Below, piece by piece: positions 17,482 to 26,071 of a DNA stretch of 32,000 nucleotides. The notes under the pieces are model-generated. The model ran no database searches. It saw only the letters and a program-made list of their open reading frames with translations, and had not been told where the DNA came from. Positions within the stretch are counted from its first letter, which is position 1, and each line of letters starts with the position of its first letter. The DNA comes from Candidatus Thorarchaeota archaeon (GTDB lineage: Archaea; Asgardarchaeota; Thorarchaeia; Thorarchaeales; Thorarchaeaceae). A program made the translations under genes and the position numbers. The stretch is from NCBI GenBank assembly GCA_008080745.1, contig SHMX01000001.1:420001-452000 (forward strand), in the 5' to 3' direction.

Positions 17482-18612
17482 ATGTATAATCGATACCAAA
17501 TTATGGTATTCTCTATTTGTATAGCTATTGCCGCGCCCGGGTTTGTGGCTGCGTTTACCACACCAATCACAAATCCAGTTGTTGTAACTTTCGACCAAAC
17601 AACAGCAGAAAGAGTAGCGGTAACCACATTTCACCAAGAAATGTCAAATGCCATAACAGTAGAATACGGAAGTCTTCAATATAATCTAATGAAGATGAGA
17701 GCAGTAGGACCCATGGTCTTTGTAGGACATGGTAATGCTGATGGAATTCGGGATCAGAATATGGTTGTGTCTGCCAAGCAGATTCAAACCGAAATCAGTA
17801 CTACCGCTGCAGCAAGAATATACCTACTCGCTTGTGATTCGGAAGAGATTGCAGATTTCGATAAATCTGGTCGAACTCATGGATACAGCTACATGGTAGA
17901 TGCAGAACTAGCTGCTTTTGATGCTGCAATAAGAATCAAATTATTCCTTGGACAAATTGATTCAGCGATTGAAACCTTCAAAACCTTCAGAGAGGTACTG
18001 ACGGCCAAGTTCATTGGAACCAATGAGTACATGCCTCTAGGACTAATCGGAGGAGGTACTATTGGAGGAGGTGGAACAACTAGTCCCGTCTTCAGTACAG
18101 CTGAAAAGCTTAATGCTGTCAAAGTATTTGGTCTTGGTTGTATCTTTGCCCTGATTGGTTTTGGTATATCAGTAGCTGGAGACAAGTTATCTGATGCTAT
18201 AGACAAATGGCTTAGAGTTGATGCTTTAGGTGTGCCTTCTTCTCAACCAAGTAAAGTAGTAAAGATATTCAATTATGTGAAGGACTATGGAATCGGTACC
18301 TTAGATGTAGCAGTTGGTAACATCTATGGGGGCTGGACTGATATGGCAGCCGCATGGCTTGATACATCTGTGAACATCCTAGGAGATTGGCTTGACAGTA
18401 TGAGTGCTGGTGAGTGGGCAGTATTCCTTACATATTGTGCTTTGGATATTGTTGTCACAATTCTCACAGCAGGATCAAAGGCATGGGTACAACTCTGTGT
18501 TGGTATTGGTTTTGCAGGACTTGAAGCTGCTACAATTGCAATATGTGACGCACACGACTCAAACACCTATCCAGCTTCTGGTGTAGGTGACGCAATTTCA
18601 AGTTGGACATAA
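17482..18612 (+). CDS. Secreted protein with a putative clan-CD (caspase/gingipain/CHAT-like) protease domain and a hydrophobic C-terminal region
   Basis: SD GGAGG at 17470. Signal-peptide-like N-terminus, VFVGHG (His83), IYLLACDS (Cys118), Gly-rich linker, then several hydrophobic helices. Confidence 0.55.
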   Translation: MYNRYQIMVFSICIAIAAPGFVAAFTTPITNPVVVTFDQTTAERVAVTTFHQEMSNAITVEYGSLQYNLMKMRAVGPMVFVGHGNADGIRDQNMVVSAKQIQTEISTTAAARIYLLACDSEEIADFDKSGRTHGYSYMVDAELAAFDAAIRIKLFLGQIDSAIETFKTFREVLTAKFIGTNEYMPLGLIGGGTIGGGGTTSPVFSTAEKLNAVKVFGLGCIFALIGFGISVAGDKLSDAIDKWLRVDALGVPSSQPSKVVKIFNYVKDYGIGTLDVAVGNIYGGWTDMAAAWLDTSVNILGDWLDSMSAGEWAVFLTYCALDIVVTILTAGSKAWVQLCVGIGFAGLEAATIAICDAHDSNTYPASGVGDAISSWT

Positions 18613-18622
18613 ACAATAAGAT

Positions 18623-18654
18623 ATCGGGCATATGCCCGATTCTACTCTTTTTTT
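18623..18654. terminator. Perfect 18-bp palindrome, likely bidirectional terminator between convergent genes
   Basis: ATCGGGCAT-ATGCCCGAT (18623-18640) followed by a T7 run on +, with T-rich sequence on the - side. Lies between the stops at 18612 and 18661. Confidence 0.6.
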
Positions 18655-18660
18655 GGAACT

Positions 18661-20019
18661 TTATGGAGTTATTCTATCTCTATCACGAGGTAGTAGTGTT
18701 GCCTCACGAATATTATCAATTCCTAACAACTGCATGGTAAGTCTTTCAATACCCAAACCCAATCCACCATGGGGGGGCGCACCATACTTGAATGGATCAA
18801 GATAGAATCCAAAATTATCTATATTGTATCCCTTTGCTTTGAATCGTTCCACCAATAAGTCATATAGGTGAATTCGTTGACCACCCGTGGTAATCTCCAT
18901 TCCATGATATGTCAAGTCAAAACTCTCAGTCATTCCTTCATCTGTAAGACTCGGCATTGTATAAGCAGGACGGAGTTCTAATGGATAGTGGGTTATGAAA
19001 ACCATATCTGTACCAAACTTCTCAGGGAATATCTCACCCAAGATTTGCTCACATTCAGGGTCTAAATCATCAGTGATGCTCAGGTCCTTTCCTTCAGCAT
19101 TTACCAAGTCAATAGCTTCAGCGTATTTTATTCGTTTGAATGGTACTTCAGGAACCTCCAGATTAATACCTAAGGTTTCTAAGGCATGTCCCAAATTCTC
19201 CTTAGTTTTCAGGAAGGCATAATGAAGCATATTCTCTTCCATTTGCATTACATCTTCCACACCACTAATCCATGACATCTCAAAATCAAAAGAGGTATAC
19301 TCGTTAATATGACGCCTGGTGTTATGTTTCTCTGCACGAAATACAGGCGCAATTTCGAAGACTCTCCCAAATCCAGCTAATAACATCAATTGTTTGTAGA
19401 ATTGTGGACTCTGAGCAAGATAGGCAAGTTTATCGAAATACTTGATCTCGAATAGATTAGCTCCACCCTCTGTTGCCTCAGCAACAATTTTTGGTGTGTG
19501 AATTTCAACAAACTCCTTTTTCTCCAGATATTCTCGTGAGAAACGTACTAGAGCATGTTGAACACGAAATATTGCATTGATGGTTGGTTTTCTTAGATCA
19601 AGGATTCGATGATTCAGACGTGTATCTAAATCAATATCGACTTTTCCCTCCACAACATCAATCGGTAAACGGTCCGATGTGTTAAGAATACGAATGGATG
19701 TTGGAACAACCTCTGCCCCAGCAGCAACCTGTTTGGCTTCGACAACCTCTCCATCCACTGAAACTGCGAATTCTGGTTTTAGCTGTTCTGCCGTTTCAAA
19801 AACATCCTCAGAAACTCTCTTCTGGTGGATAAAAATCTGGCACATGCCACGCTCATCACGGAGAATAAGAAACTTGAGTTTTCCCTTGTCGCGGAGAATG
19901 TGAACCCATCCCATGAGTGTGACTTTGTCGCCTACAGTATCAGAACTTATTTCTGATGTGAAATGTGTTCTACGCATATTACCAATAGGAACAGCACCTG
20001 CTTTTGTGTAGAAGTCCAT
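18661..20019 (-). CDS. aspS: Aspartate--tRNA ligase, archaeal type (possibly non-discriminating)
   Basis: OB-fold GWVH.LRD.G, motif 1 FVEIHTPKI, AYLAQSPQFYKQ, motif 2 FRAEKHNT.RH.NE, and motif 3 PPHGGLGLGIERL. Confidence 0.95.
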   Translation of the reverse strand: MDFYTKAGAVPIGNMRRTHFTSEISSDTVGDKVTLMGWVHILRDKGKLKFLILRDERGMCQIFIHQKRVSEDVFETAEQLKPEFAVSVDGEVVEAKQVAAGAEVVPTSIRILNTSDRLPIDVVEGKVDIDLDTRLNHRILDLRKPTINAIFRVQHALVRFSREYLEKKEFVEIHTPKIVAEATEGGANLFEIKYFDKLAYLAQSPQFYKQLMLLAGFGRVFEIAPVFRAEKHNTRRHINEYTSFDFEMSWISGVEDVMQMEENMLHYAFLKTKENLGHALETLGINLEVPEVPFKRIKYAEAIDLVNAEGKDLSITDDLDPECEQILGEIFPEKFGTDMVFITHYPLELRPAYTMPSLTDEGMTESFDLTYHGMEITTGGQRIHLYDLLVERFKAKGYNIDNFGFYLDPFKYGAPPHGGLGLGIERLTMQLLGIDNIREATLLPRDRDRITP

Positions 20020-20182
20020 CTTAATTGCCTCGGAACTCGAATTTTAGACGTTTTGAATGCATTAAGAGGCTTTTGGATTATCAATAATGTACGACATCAT
20101 CTTGTTTATCTGTAAAGTGTGCACCTCTGGATGTGTGCCTAATTTACAGCAGATGATAGAATAATATGGGGATCATCGGATT

Positions 20183-23113
20183 ATGAGTTCTATTCTAGTT
20201 CTTATCTGTGATGACGATGAGAACCTACTAAAAATTTCTCAAAAATATATCACAAAATTAGATGACGGTATCAAAGTATACACAGTGTCATCAGGCAAAC
20301 AAGCATTACAGGAAATGAAACGTACTTCCTTTGACATTATAGTATGTGACTACCAGATGCCAAACATGAATGGGCTCGAGGTTCTTAAAAAACTACGAAG
20401 GCAAGATAATTCGATTCCTTTTATCATGTTCACAGGACATAGCAGAGAGCAAATAGCAATTGAGGCTTTGAATCTAGGAGCAACAAACTACCTAACCAAA
20501 AGTGGACACCCTAAATCAATGTATACAGAACTGGTACATCTCATTAGAAGAGCAGTCGAACATGATAGAATAGAAAAAGCACTCATAGCAAGTGAACGGG
20601 ATAAATCCATAATTCTCGATGGAATTTCCGACATGGTGACATTTTACGAATATCCAAGCATGAAGATTATTTGGGCAAACAGGTCCTCCATTGAATCATC
20701 ACTAACAAAGCAAGAGGAATTCATTGGAGAGGTTTGCTATGAAAAATGGCATAACCGAGATGTTCCTTGTCAAGACTGTCCAACAATCAAGTCTGCTATT
20801 GATAGTGAAATACAAATCGGCTCTCGAAGGACACCGGATGAAAGAAGCTGGATAATTACTTGCTATCCCATAACTAATGAAGATGGAAATGTATCAGGCA
20901 TTGTGGAGGTAGGGCGAGACATAACAGAACAAAAGATGGCTAAAGAGAGATTACGAGAATCAGAATCCCAACTAAGAAGACTCATCGAACATCTTGGATA
21001 TCCACTTCACGTAATAAATCAAGATTTTGAAATCATTTTAGTAAATAATGCATATTATGAGTGGATTGGTAAGTACAACCTATCAACAGATGTTATTGGA
21101 AAGAATCTTTTCGTTATGTTTCCGTTCCTTCTAGATAAGGTAAAAGATGAATATGATACAGTATTTGAAACTGGAGAGATTGTTATCACTCAAGAAACTA
21201 ATCTCTTTATGGGTGAGCAAGTTTACACTGAAACAACAAAAATCCCAATTCTTTCTGAAGGTGTAGTCACACAAGTTCTTTCGGTATTTAGAGATGTAAC
21301 GAGTGAAGTTGTATCGCTTGAAAAATTAAAGAAAAGTGAGGAAAGATACAGAAGTCTTGTAGAAGCTTCACCCGATGCAGTCATTCGATTAGATACAGAA
21401 GGAATTATTCAACAAGCAAATAAACAGGTATTGGAACTAGTTGGAGCAGAACGTATAGAGGACGTAATTGGAAGCCACTATACTGATTGGCTAAGTGAAA
21501 AAGAATTAACCAGTGCCGAGAACGAATTTGCAAAGATGATGAGAGGAGATGCTGATATTCAACATCAGTACAAATTAACAGGAAGCGATGGGAGAACAAA
21601 GATTGTTGAGTCTCACGCCGCATTACTAGAAGATGAAGAGGGGGCATATATCGGAATTCTAGCAATCATCAGAGATATCAGTCAAAGAAAAAGCATTGAG
21701 GAAGAAATACGAATTAGTGAGAAACGACTTAGATCATTAGCTGAGAATATAGATAGTGTAATCTGGCTTAGCGATCCAGATGACCCATCGAAAATAGTAT
21801 ACTTGAGTCCAGGTTTCGAAAAGATATGGGATATACCAGTAGAACGGGCATTAGAAAGTCCCAAAATATTTCTGGACTCAATTCATCCGGATGATAAAGA
21901 AGAGGTTGAAAAAGCACTTAGAAAATTTCTTGAAACGAAACATGAGTATAACCTCGAATATCGGATTCTTACAAATAATAATGATGTCAAATGGATTTGG
22001 GCAAAAGGTTTCTTTATTCTAGATCCCGATGGAAATAAGCATCAATTTGGAGGTGTTGCACAGGATATTACAAAAAGAGTCAAAGATCGAATGGAATTAG
22101 AAAGAGCATACAAACAATTCGATAGGCTTTTCGAGTCATCAATCGATGGCATTACCTTCTCCGATTTGGATGGAATTTTATTGAAGGTCAATCCAGCCTT
22201 TGCGAAGTTGCTAGGTTACAGCAATGATGAACTAATAGGAAGAAATTTCATTGATTTTACGGTTGAGAAATATCATGAAGAGAATCGAAGAATATTAGAG
22301 AAATTATCCCTTAATTCGGGAGTGTATAATTTTGAGAAGGAGTATTACCGAAAGGATGGTTCTAGAGCTACCGTTTCCTTAAGCACATGGCTCCATACTG
22401 ATGAAGGGAAAAAAATAGGGTACTGGGCGGTTATCAGAGATATCAGTGAACAAAAAGAACTGGTCAAGAAATTAGAGGAATCTAGAGAGCAATACAGAAA
22501 AGAAAGGGAGAGATTGAGTGAACTGGCTCATTATATGCGTCACGACTTGAGTGCATTATTGCACAATATCGAAGGTTTCTGTGAAATTATTCAAGATACA
22601 AATGAATTACAATACATTGATAGAATAAAAGAAAATACACGCCAAATGAGAATAGTGTTTGATAGATCTGTAGAACTGGCCGATGCAGGATTAGTAATTG
22701 GAAATCTCCAAAAGACTGATCTAGATGAACTAGTAAGAGAGATAGTATTTCGAGCAGTTTCAGAAACAGTACAGGTGGAAATAAAGAATCTACCCGTAAT
22801 AGAGTGTGACAGAGAAAAGATTGTACAGGTGTTCACAAACATTCTAATCAACGCAATTCAACATGGTAAAGCACAGAAAATCAAGATAAGCTCAATCGAA
22901 ACCGATAACGAAATTCAGATACTTATAATGAACGATGGTGATGCAATTCCGGAAGATATTAGGAGAAAAATATTCAAAGACAACTTTTTCCTAAAATCCA
23001 CAAAAGGACTAGGTATGCAGATAGTCAGACGCATTATTGAAGCACATAGGTGGTCGATTTCATTGGATACCGGAGAACCCGTTACCTTCAGAATATCTAT
23101 TCCGACAAGATAA
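20183..23113 (+). CDS. Hybrid sensor histidine kinase: REC, five PAS/PAC domains, HisKA, HATPase
   Basis: REC motifs CDDD, CDYQMP, FTG, YLTK. Five PAS/PAC repeats ending in RDIT/RDVT/RDIS/QDIT/RDIS. H-box RHDL, N-box NILINAIQHG, NDG, and KGLGMQIV. Confidence 0.92.
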   Translation: MSSILVLICDDDENLLKISQKYITKLDDGIKVYTVSSGKQALQEMKRTSFDIIVCDYQMPNMNGLEVLKKLRRQDNSIPFIMFTGHSREQIAIEALNLGATNYLTKSGHPKSMYTELVHLIRRAVEHDRIEKALIASERDKSIILDGISDMVTFYEYPSMKIIWANRSSIESSLTKQEEFIGEVCYEKWHNRDVPCQDCPTIKSAIDSEIQIGSRRTPDERSWIITCYPITNEDGNVSGIVEVGRDITEQKMAKERLRESESQLRRLIEHLGYPLHVINQDFEIILVNNAYYEWIGKYNLSTDVIGKNLFVMFPFLLDKVKDEYDTVFETGEIVITQETNLFMGEQVYTETTKIPILSEGVVTQVLSVFRDVTSEVVSLEKLKKSEERYRSLVEASPDAVIRLDTEGIIQQANKQVLELVGAERIEDVIGSHYTDWLSEKELTSAENEFAKMMRGDADIQHQYKLTGSDGRTKIVESHAALLEDEEGAYIGILAIIRDISQRKSIEEEIRISEKRLRSLAENIDSVIWLSDPDDPSKIVYLSPGFEKIWDIPVERALESPKIFLDSIHPDDKEEVEKALRKFLETKHEYNLEYRILTNNNDVKWIWAKGFFILDPDGNKHQFGGVAQDITKRVKDRMELERAYKQFDRLFESSIDGITFSDLDGILLKVNPAFAKLLGYSNDELIGRNFIDFTVEKYHEENRRILEKLSLNSGVYNFEKEYYRKDGSRATVSLSTWLHTDEGKKIGYWAVIRDISEQKELVKKLEESREQYRKERERLSELAHYMRHDLSALLHNIEGFCEIIQDTNELQYIDRIKENTRQMRIVFDRSVELADAGLVIGNLQKTDLDELVREIVFRAVSETVQVEIKNLPVIECDREKIVQVFTNILINAIQHGKAQKIKISSIETDNEIQILIMNDGDAIPEDIRRKIFKDNFFLKSTKGLGMQIVRRIIEAHRWSISLDTGEPVTFRISIPTR

Positions 23114-23120
23114 AGTGACA

Positions 23121-23152
23121 ATAGGGTCCTAATTTATAAATTAGGAACCTAT
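23121..23152. terminator. 32-nt near-perfect palindrome between convergent genes (terminator or protein-binding site)
   Basis: ATAGGGTCCTAATTTA-TAAATTAGGAACCTAT, 15 of 16 positions symmetric, 8 nt after the kinase stop and 13 nt after the wHTH stop. Confidence 0.5.
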
Positions 23153-23164
23153 CTGATAGTGTGG

Positions 23165-23407
23165 TTACATCGGAGCCGACACTAGTTCGTACACACGCTC
23201 CCGTCTATCATCATCACTCTCTTCTTCTCGAATTAGGCCTAGATCACGCAGTCGGCTCAAACCATAATTTACAGTTCTGGGGGGCATAAATGAGATATCA
23301 ATCAAATCTTGCCTAGACAAGCGATTTCTATTCTTTAGAAGAACGTAGAGAAACTTTGCAGACGGAGGTAGTGCTAAAAATGAGCGCCTGGCAAACGCGA
23401 TCCCACC
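23165..23407 (-). CDS. Small winged helix-turn-helix (MarR-like) regulator, absent from the ORF track; start codon unresolved
   Basis: Stop-to-stop translation: GGIAFARRSFLALPPSAKFLYVLLKNRNRLSRQDLIDISFMPPRTVNYGLSRLRDLGLIREEESDDDRRERVYELVSAPM*. This matches the archaeal LPPSAK...PRTV.Y.L..L...GL....D.R...Y pattern. Confidence 0.75.
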   Translation of the reverse strand, partial: GGIAFARRSFLALPPSAKFLYVLLKNRNRLSRQDLIDISFMPPRTVNYGLSRLRDLGLIREEESDDDRRERVYELVSAPM

Positions 23408-23581
23408 TTAGAATTGTTGCCAATATATTTGTACCTCCATTTGTTTACAGAATTCTTGAAAGAGAGAAGGGTAAAAAGTTTATTGATGTCAGAAGGAGGA
23501 GTTGTCTAATTCTGTTGATAGGGAACAGGACAGAAAACAAAAACAAGATGGGAAGAGAGTGTCTTCCCATTCGGTTTACAA

Positions 23582-24940
23582 TCAAATTGAATCTGCAATA
23601 GATTTGTCTAGACGATCGACTGCATCATCTAATTCTTCCTGAGTAATGACATAACTAGGAGTGAAACGGATACAGTTTTGGCCAGCCCCTAATATCCAGA
23701 GCTGGTGCTTCTGAACTGCCGTCTTGACAATCTTGTCACGAAGCTTTGGTGCCTTTTCTTTCGATTTCTTATCCTTCACAAATTCGACACCAACCATCAG
23801 ACCAAGTCCTCGAACATCGCCAACCACTTCATATTTGTCTTTGAGTTCATTAAGGCGTTTCAAAAGATATGCTCCCTTCTCAGCATTCTTCTTTAGATAA
23901 TCTCCGTCCTCAATTTGTTTTATGACCCAAAGAGAGAGCAAGGACATCTTTGGTTCTGCAGAGAAAGTTTCTGAATGACGAGAACCACTAGTATACATTG
24001 GAGCAGGTCCAATTGAAGCACCCATGGGATATCCTCCACCAAGTGCTTTTGCCATGGAAATATAATCAGGGACTACATCATGATTAGCCATAGCACACCA
24101 TTTTCCAGTTCTACCCATACCTGCCTGTACCTCATCAGACATGAAGTATGCATCAAACTCTTTGGAAACTTCGTAGAAGCCCTGCACAGCTTTGGATGGA
24201 GGAACAATCAACCCACCCTCTCCACAGAGGGGTTCCATAACTGTGGCAGCAATGTCGTTGCCTTCTACCTGTAAAGCATATCGAAGAGCCTCAACACATT
24301 CTAGGCTACAATCCTCTACATGAGTACCATAAGGACATCGATAACAATAGGGATAGAAGACTCGAACAACGTCAACGCCCTGTGGAAAGCCGGATTTGTG
24401 CTTTGAATTGGAAGATGTAAGAGCAAGAGCATAGCCAGTACGACCATGGAAAGCAGGCCGGAATGCAACAAATCTGCGTTTACCGGAGAGATCCATTGCT
24501 GACTTCATGCAACCTTCAACAGCACGTCCACCTGATGTGGTGAAAACAACTCGTTTCTTATGGTCACCAGGAGTAAGAGTAGCAAGTTTCTCAGCAAGAA
24601 GAGTCTGTGGAATTGCATCAAAGTCCATACCTGGAAGTTCTCGAATTACATCATTGATTTTTTCTTCAAATTCCAAATAAGGTTTGTATCTCAGACCAAG
24701 AGCACGAACAGCAACCCCACCAGTTACATCAAGATATTCTGTGCCTTCGATATCGAAAATTCTAACTCCCTCACCCCGAGTATGGTCCAGACATCCGTAT
24801 ACATCACGGTCTTGTGTAGTTAGTGCCAGAGCTTCTGCGGCTCTGCTTTTCCAATATGCATTGGTCATGTTTTTCGGATCAAGTTCAAAACCCAGATCTT
24901 TGAGGATCTGCATATGCTTTTCGTCCATAGCTGTCACCAT
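23582..24940 (-). CDS. Class III PLP-dependent aminotransferase (GabT/ArgD-like)
   Basis: FHGRT, EPLCGEGG, SDEVQAGMGRTG, Schiff-base Lys in MAKALGGG, and VRGLGLM.GVE. The start may be ATG 24928. Confidence 0.9.
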   Translation of the reverse strand: MVTAMDEKHMQILKDLGFELDPKNMTNAYWKSRAAEALALTTQDRDVYGCLDHTRGEGVRIFDIEGTEYLDVTGGVAVRALGLRYKPYLEFEEKINDVIRELPGMDFDAIPQTLLAEKLATLTPGDHKKRVVFTTSGGRAVEGCMKSAMDLSGKRRFVAFRPAFHGRTGYALALTSSNSKHKSGFPQGVDVVRVFYPYCYRCPYGTHVEDCSLECVEALRYALQVEGNDIAATVMEPLCGEGGLIVPPSKAVQGFYEVSKEFDAYFMSDEVQAGMGRTGKWCAMANHDVVPDYISMAKALGGGYPMGASIGPAPMYTSGSRHSETFSAEPKMSLLSLWVIKQIEDGDYLKKNAEKGAYLLKRLNELKDKYEVVGDVRGLGLMVGVEFVKDKKSKEKAPKLRDKIVKTAVQKHQLWILGAGQNCIRFTPSYVITQEELDDAVDRLDKSIADSI

Positions 24941-25016
24941 CCGTAAAGAACAAGGCCACTCGGATGGATTCTCTATTATCTAATTTGTGATGCAGTCGTC
25001 TTTTTTTGATGTGTTT

Positions 25017-25064
25017 GAAAAGAGAAAAGAAAAGAGATTAGTGGATAGCCAAAAGGCTGCCCAC
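25017..25064 (-). terminator. Putative intrinsic terminator after the small membrane-protein pair
   Basis: Minus strand GTGGGCAGCC-TTTT-GGCTATCCAC hairpin (25041-25064) followed by CTCTTTTCTTTTCTCTTTT. Confidence 0.55.
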
Positions 25065-25078
25065 TTCAGAGTTTAGTT

Positions 25079-25420
25079 TTATGCCAACAGCATTAGAATG
25101 GCACCCAGAATAATCAGAATGCCTGGAAGACCGCCTCCAAATATGTAGATTAGGACTCCAAGAATCAACATGATTATCCAATTGTTAGCAAATTTTAGTG
25201 CAGGAATACTGACTGCACCACTAGATGCTAAAACAATCAATGAGAGCACTATTAGAATCACTCCACCTATTATTCCTAAGCCTAAGTTTAGGACACTGGT
25301 AGGGTCAACAAATATGGGTGTGACTGGAGATAGTATTGCCAAAATACCCCATAGTAGTCCTAAAAGTCCACCTAGCAAGATTAACAGGCTTGCAAGTTTT
25401 TTGATATCAGATTTAGCCAT
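25079..25420 (-). CDS. Small 4-TM membrane protein (113 aa)
   Basis: Real start is probably ATG 25420 (MAKSDIKKLASLL...) after GAGG plus A10. Four Gly-rich hydrophobic helices. Confidence 0.75.
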   Translation of the reverse strand: MAKSDIKKLASLLILLGGLLGLLWGILAILSPVTPIFVDPTSVLNLGLGIIGGVILIVLSLIVLASSGAVSIPALKFANNWIIMLILGVLIYIFGGGLPGILIILGAILMLLA

Positions 25421-25467
25421 TTTTTTTTTTCCTCGTGTGTTTTTTCTTAGATTACTAAAACTAGATT

Positions 25468-25836
25468 CTAGGATTTGGTTATTATAAGGATGCCAGCAAG
25501 TAGTATCATCAGACCAGCCAAGGTACCTACGTTCATTAGCCAGCCGATTGGATCGAAGGATAAACCACGACCCACTAGAATGATAGCAACAAGACCAATC
25601 ACAAATAGCAATAGTCCATTTCGATGAATCATCCAATAGACAAATCCACAAGCATCGAATGCAAGAATTGCCATTAGCAATAGAGCAATTCCTAAGACAA
25701 GCGTAATTACGCCATCAAAGTTTCCTGCCAATATCTGATTCAGTCCGCCGATGATATCATTCAAGGCGAATATAATTAATACAAGTCCGCCAAGAAGTGT
25801 ATAGCCCTGTGCGGCTCCTTCTGCTTTACAACCCAT
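25468..25836 (-). CDS. Small 4-TM membrane protein (122 aa), possible paralog of the downstream gene
   Basis: Four hydrophobic helices with TM1 LLGG and C-terminal LAGLMILLAGILII. Confidence 0.75.
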   Translation of the reverse strand: MGCKAEGAAQGYTLLGGLVLIIFALNDIIGGLNQILAGNFDGVITLVLGIALLLMAILAFDACGFVYWMIHRNGLLLFVIGLVAIILVGRGLSFDPIGWLMNVGTLAGLMILLAGILIITKS

Positions 25837-26071
25837 GTTTTACTCAATCCTAGTAAGGTCTTTTTTGGTATCCAGAACACGCTCATGGTGTTTGGACCTT
25901 AAACCTCTACTGTTTTTCAAAGTGAAATATAAGGTAAATACTTACCGCTGGTTGAGAACTTGATTTCGACAAATGACGTTTTGAGAAAGTAGTCCTACCT
26001 AGGTAATACACAGATTGGTATTGTCAATTTGCTGAGAACATATAGAGAATATTGGGAATGAGGAACGTATC

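Noticed and set aside
23161-23264. Nested inverted repeats (GAGCCGAC/GTCGGCTC, CTAGTTCG/CGAATTAG) and a GTGATGA C-box-like string, suggesting an ncRNA, SECIS or C/D sRNA
   Set aside because: The segment is the coding region of the wHTH gene. There is no properly placed CTGA D box, no SECIS geometry, and no in-frame TGA in the flanking genes.
20183-23407. wHTH protein as the output regulator of the hybrid kinase
   Set aside because: Only convergent adjacency supports it; the wHTH has no receiver domain.
23356-23601. 81-aa plus-strand ORF in the track
   Set aside because: No recognisable motif. It overlaps both the wHTH frame and the aminotransferase 3' end on the opposite strand.
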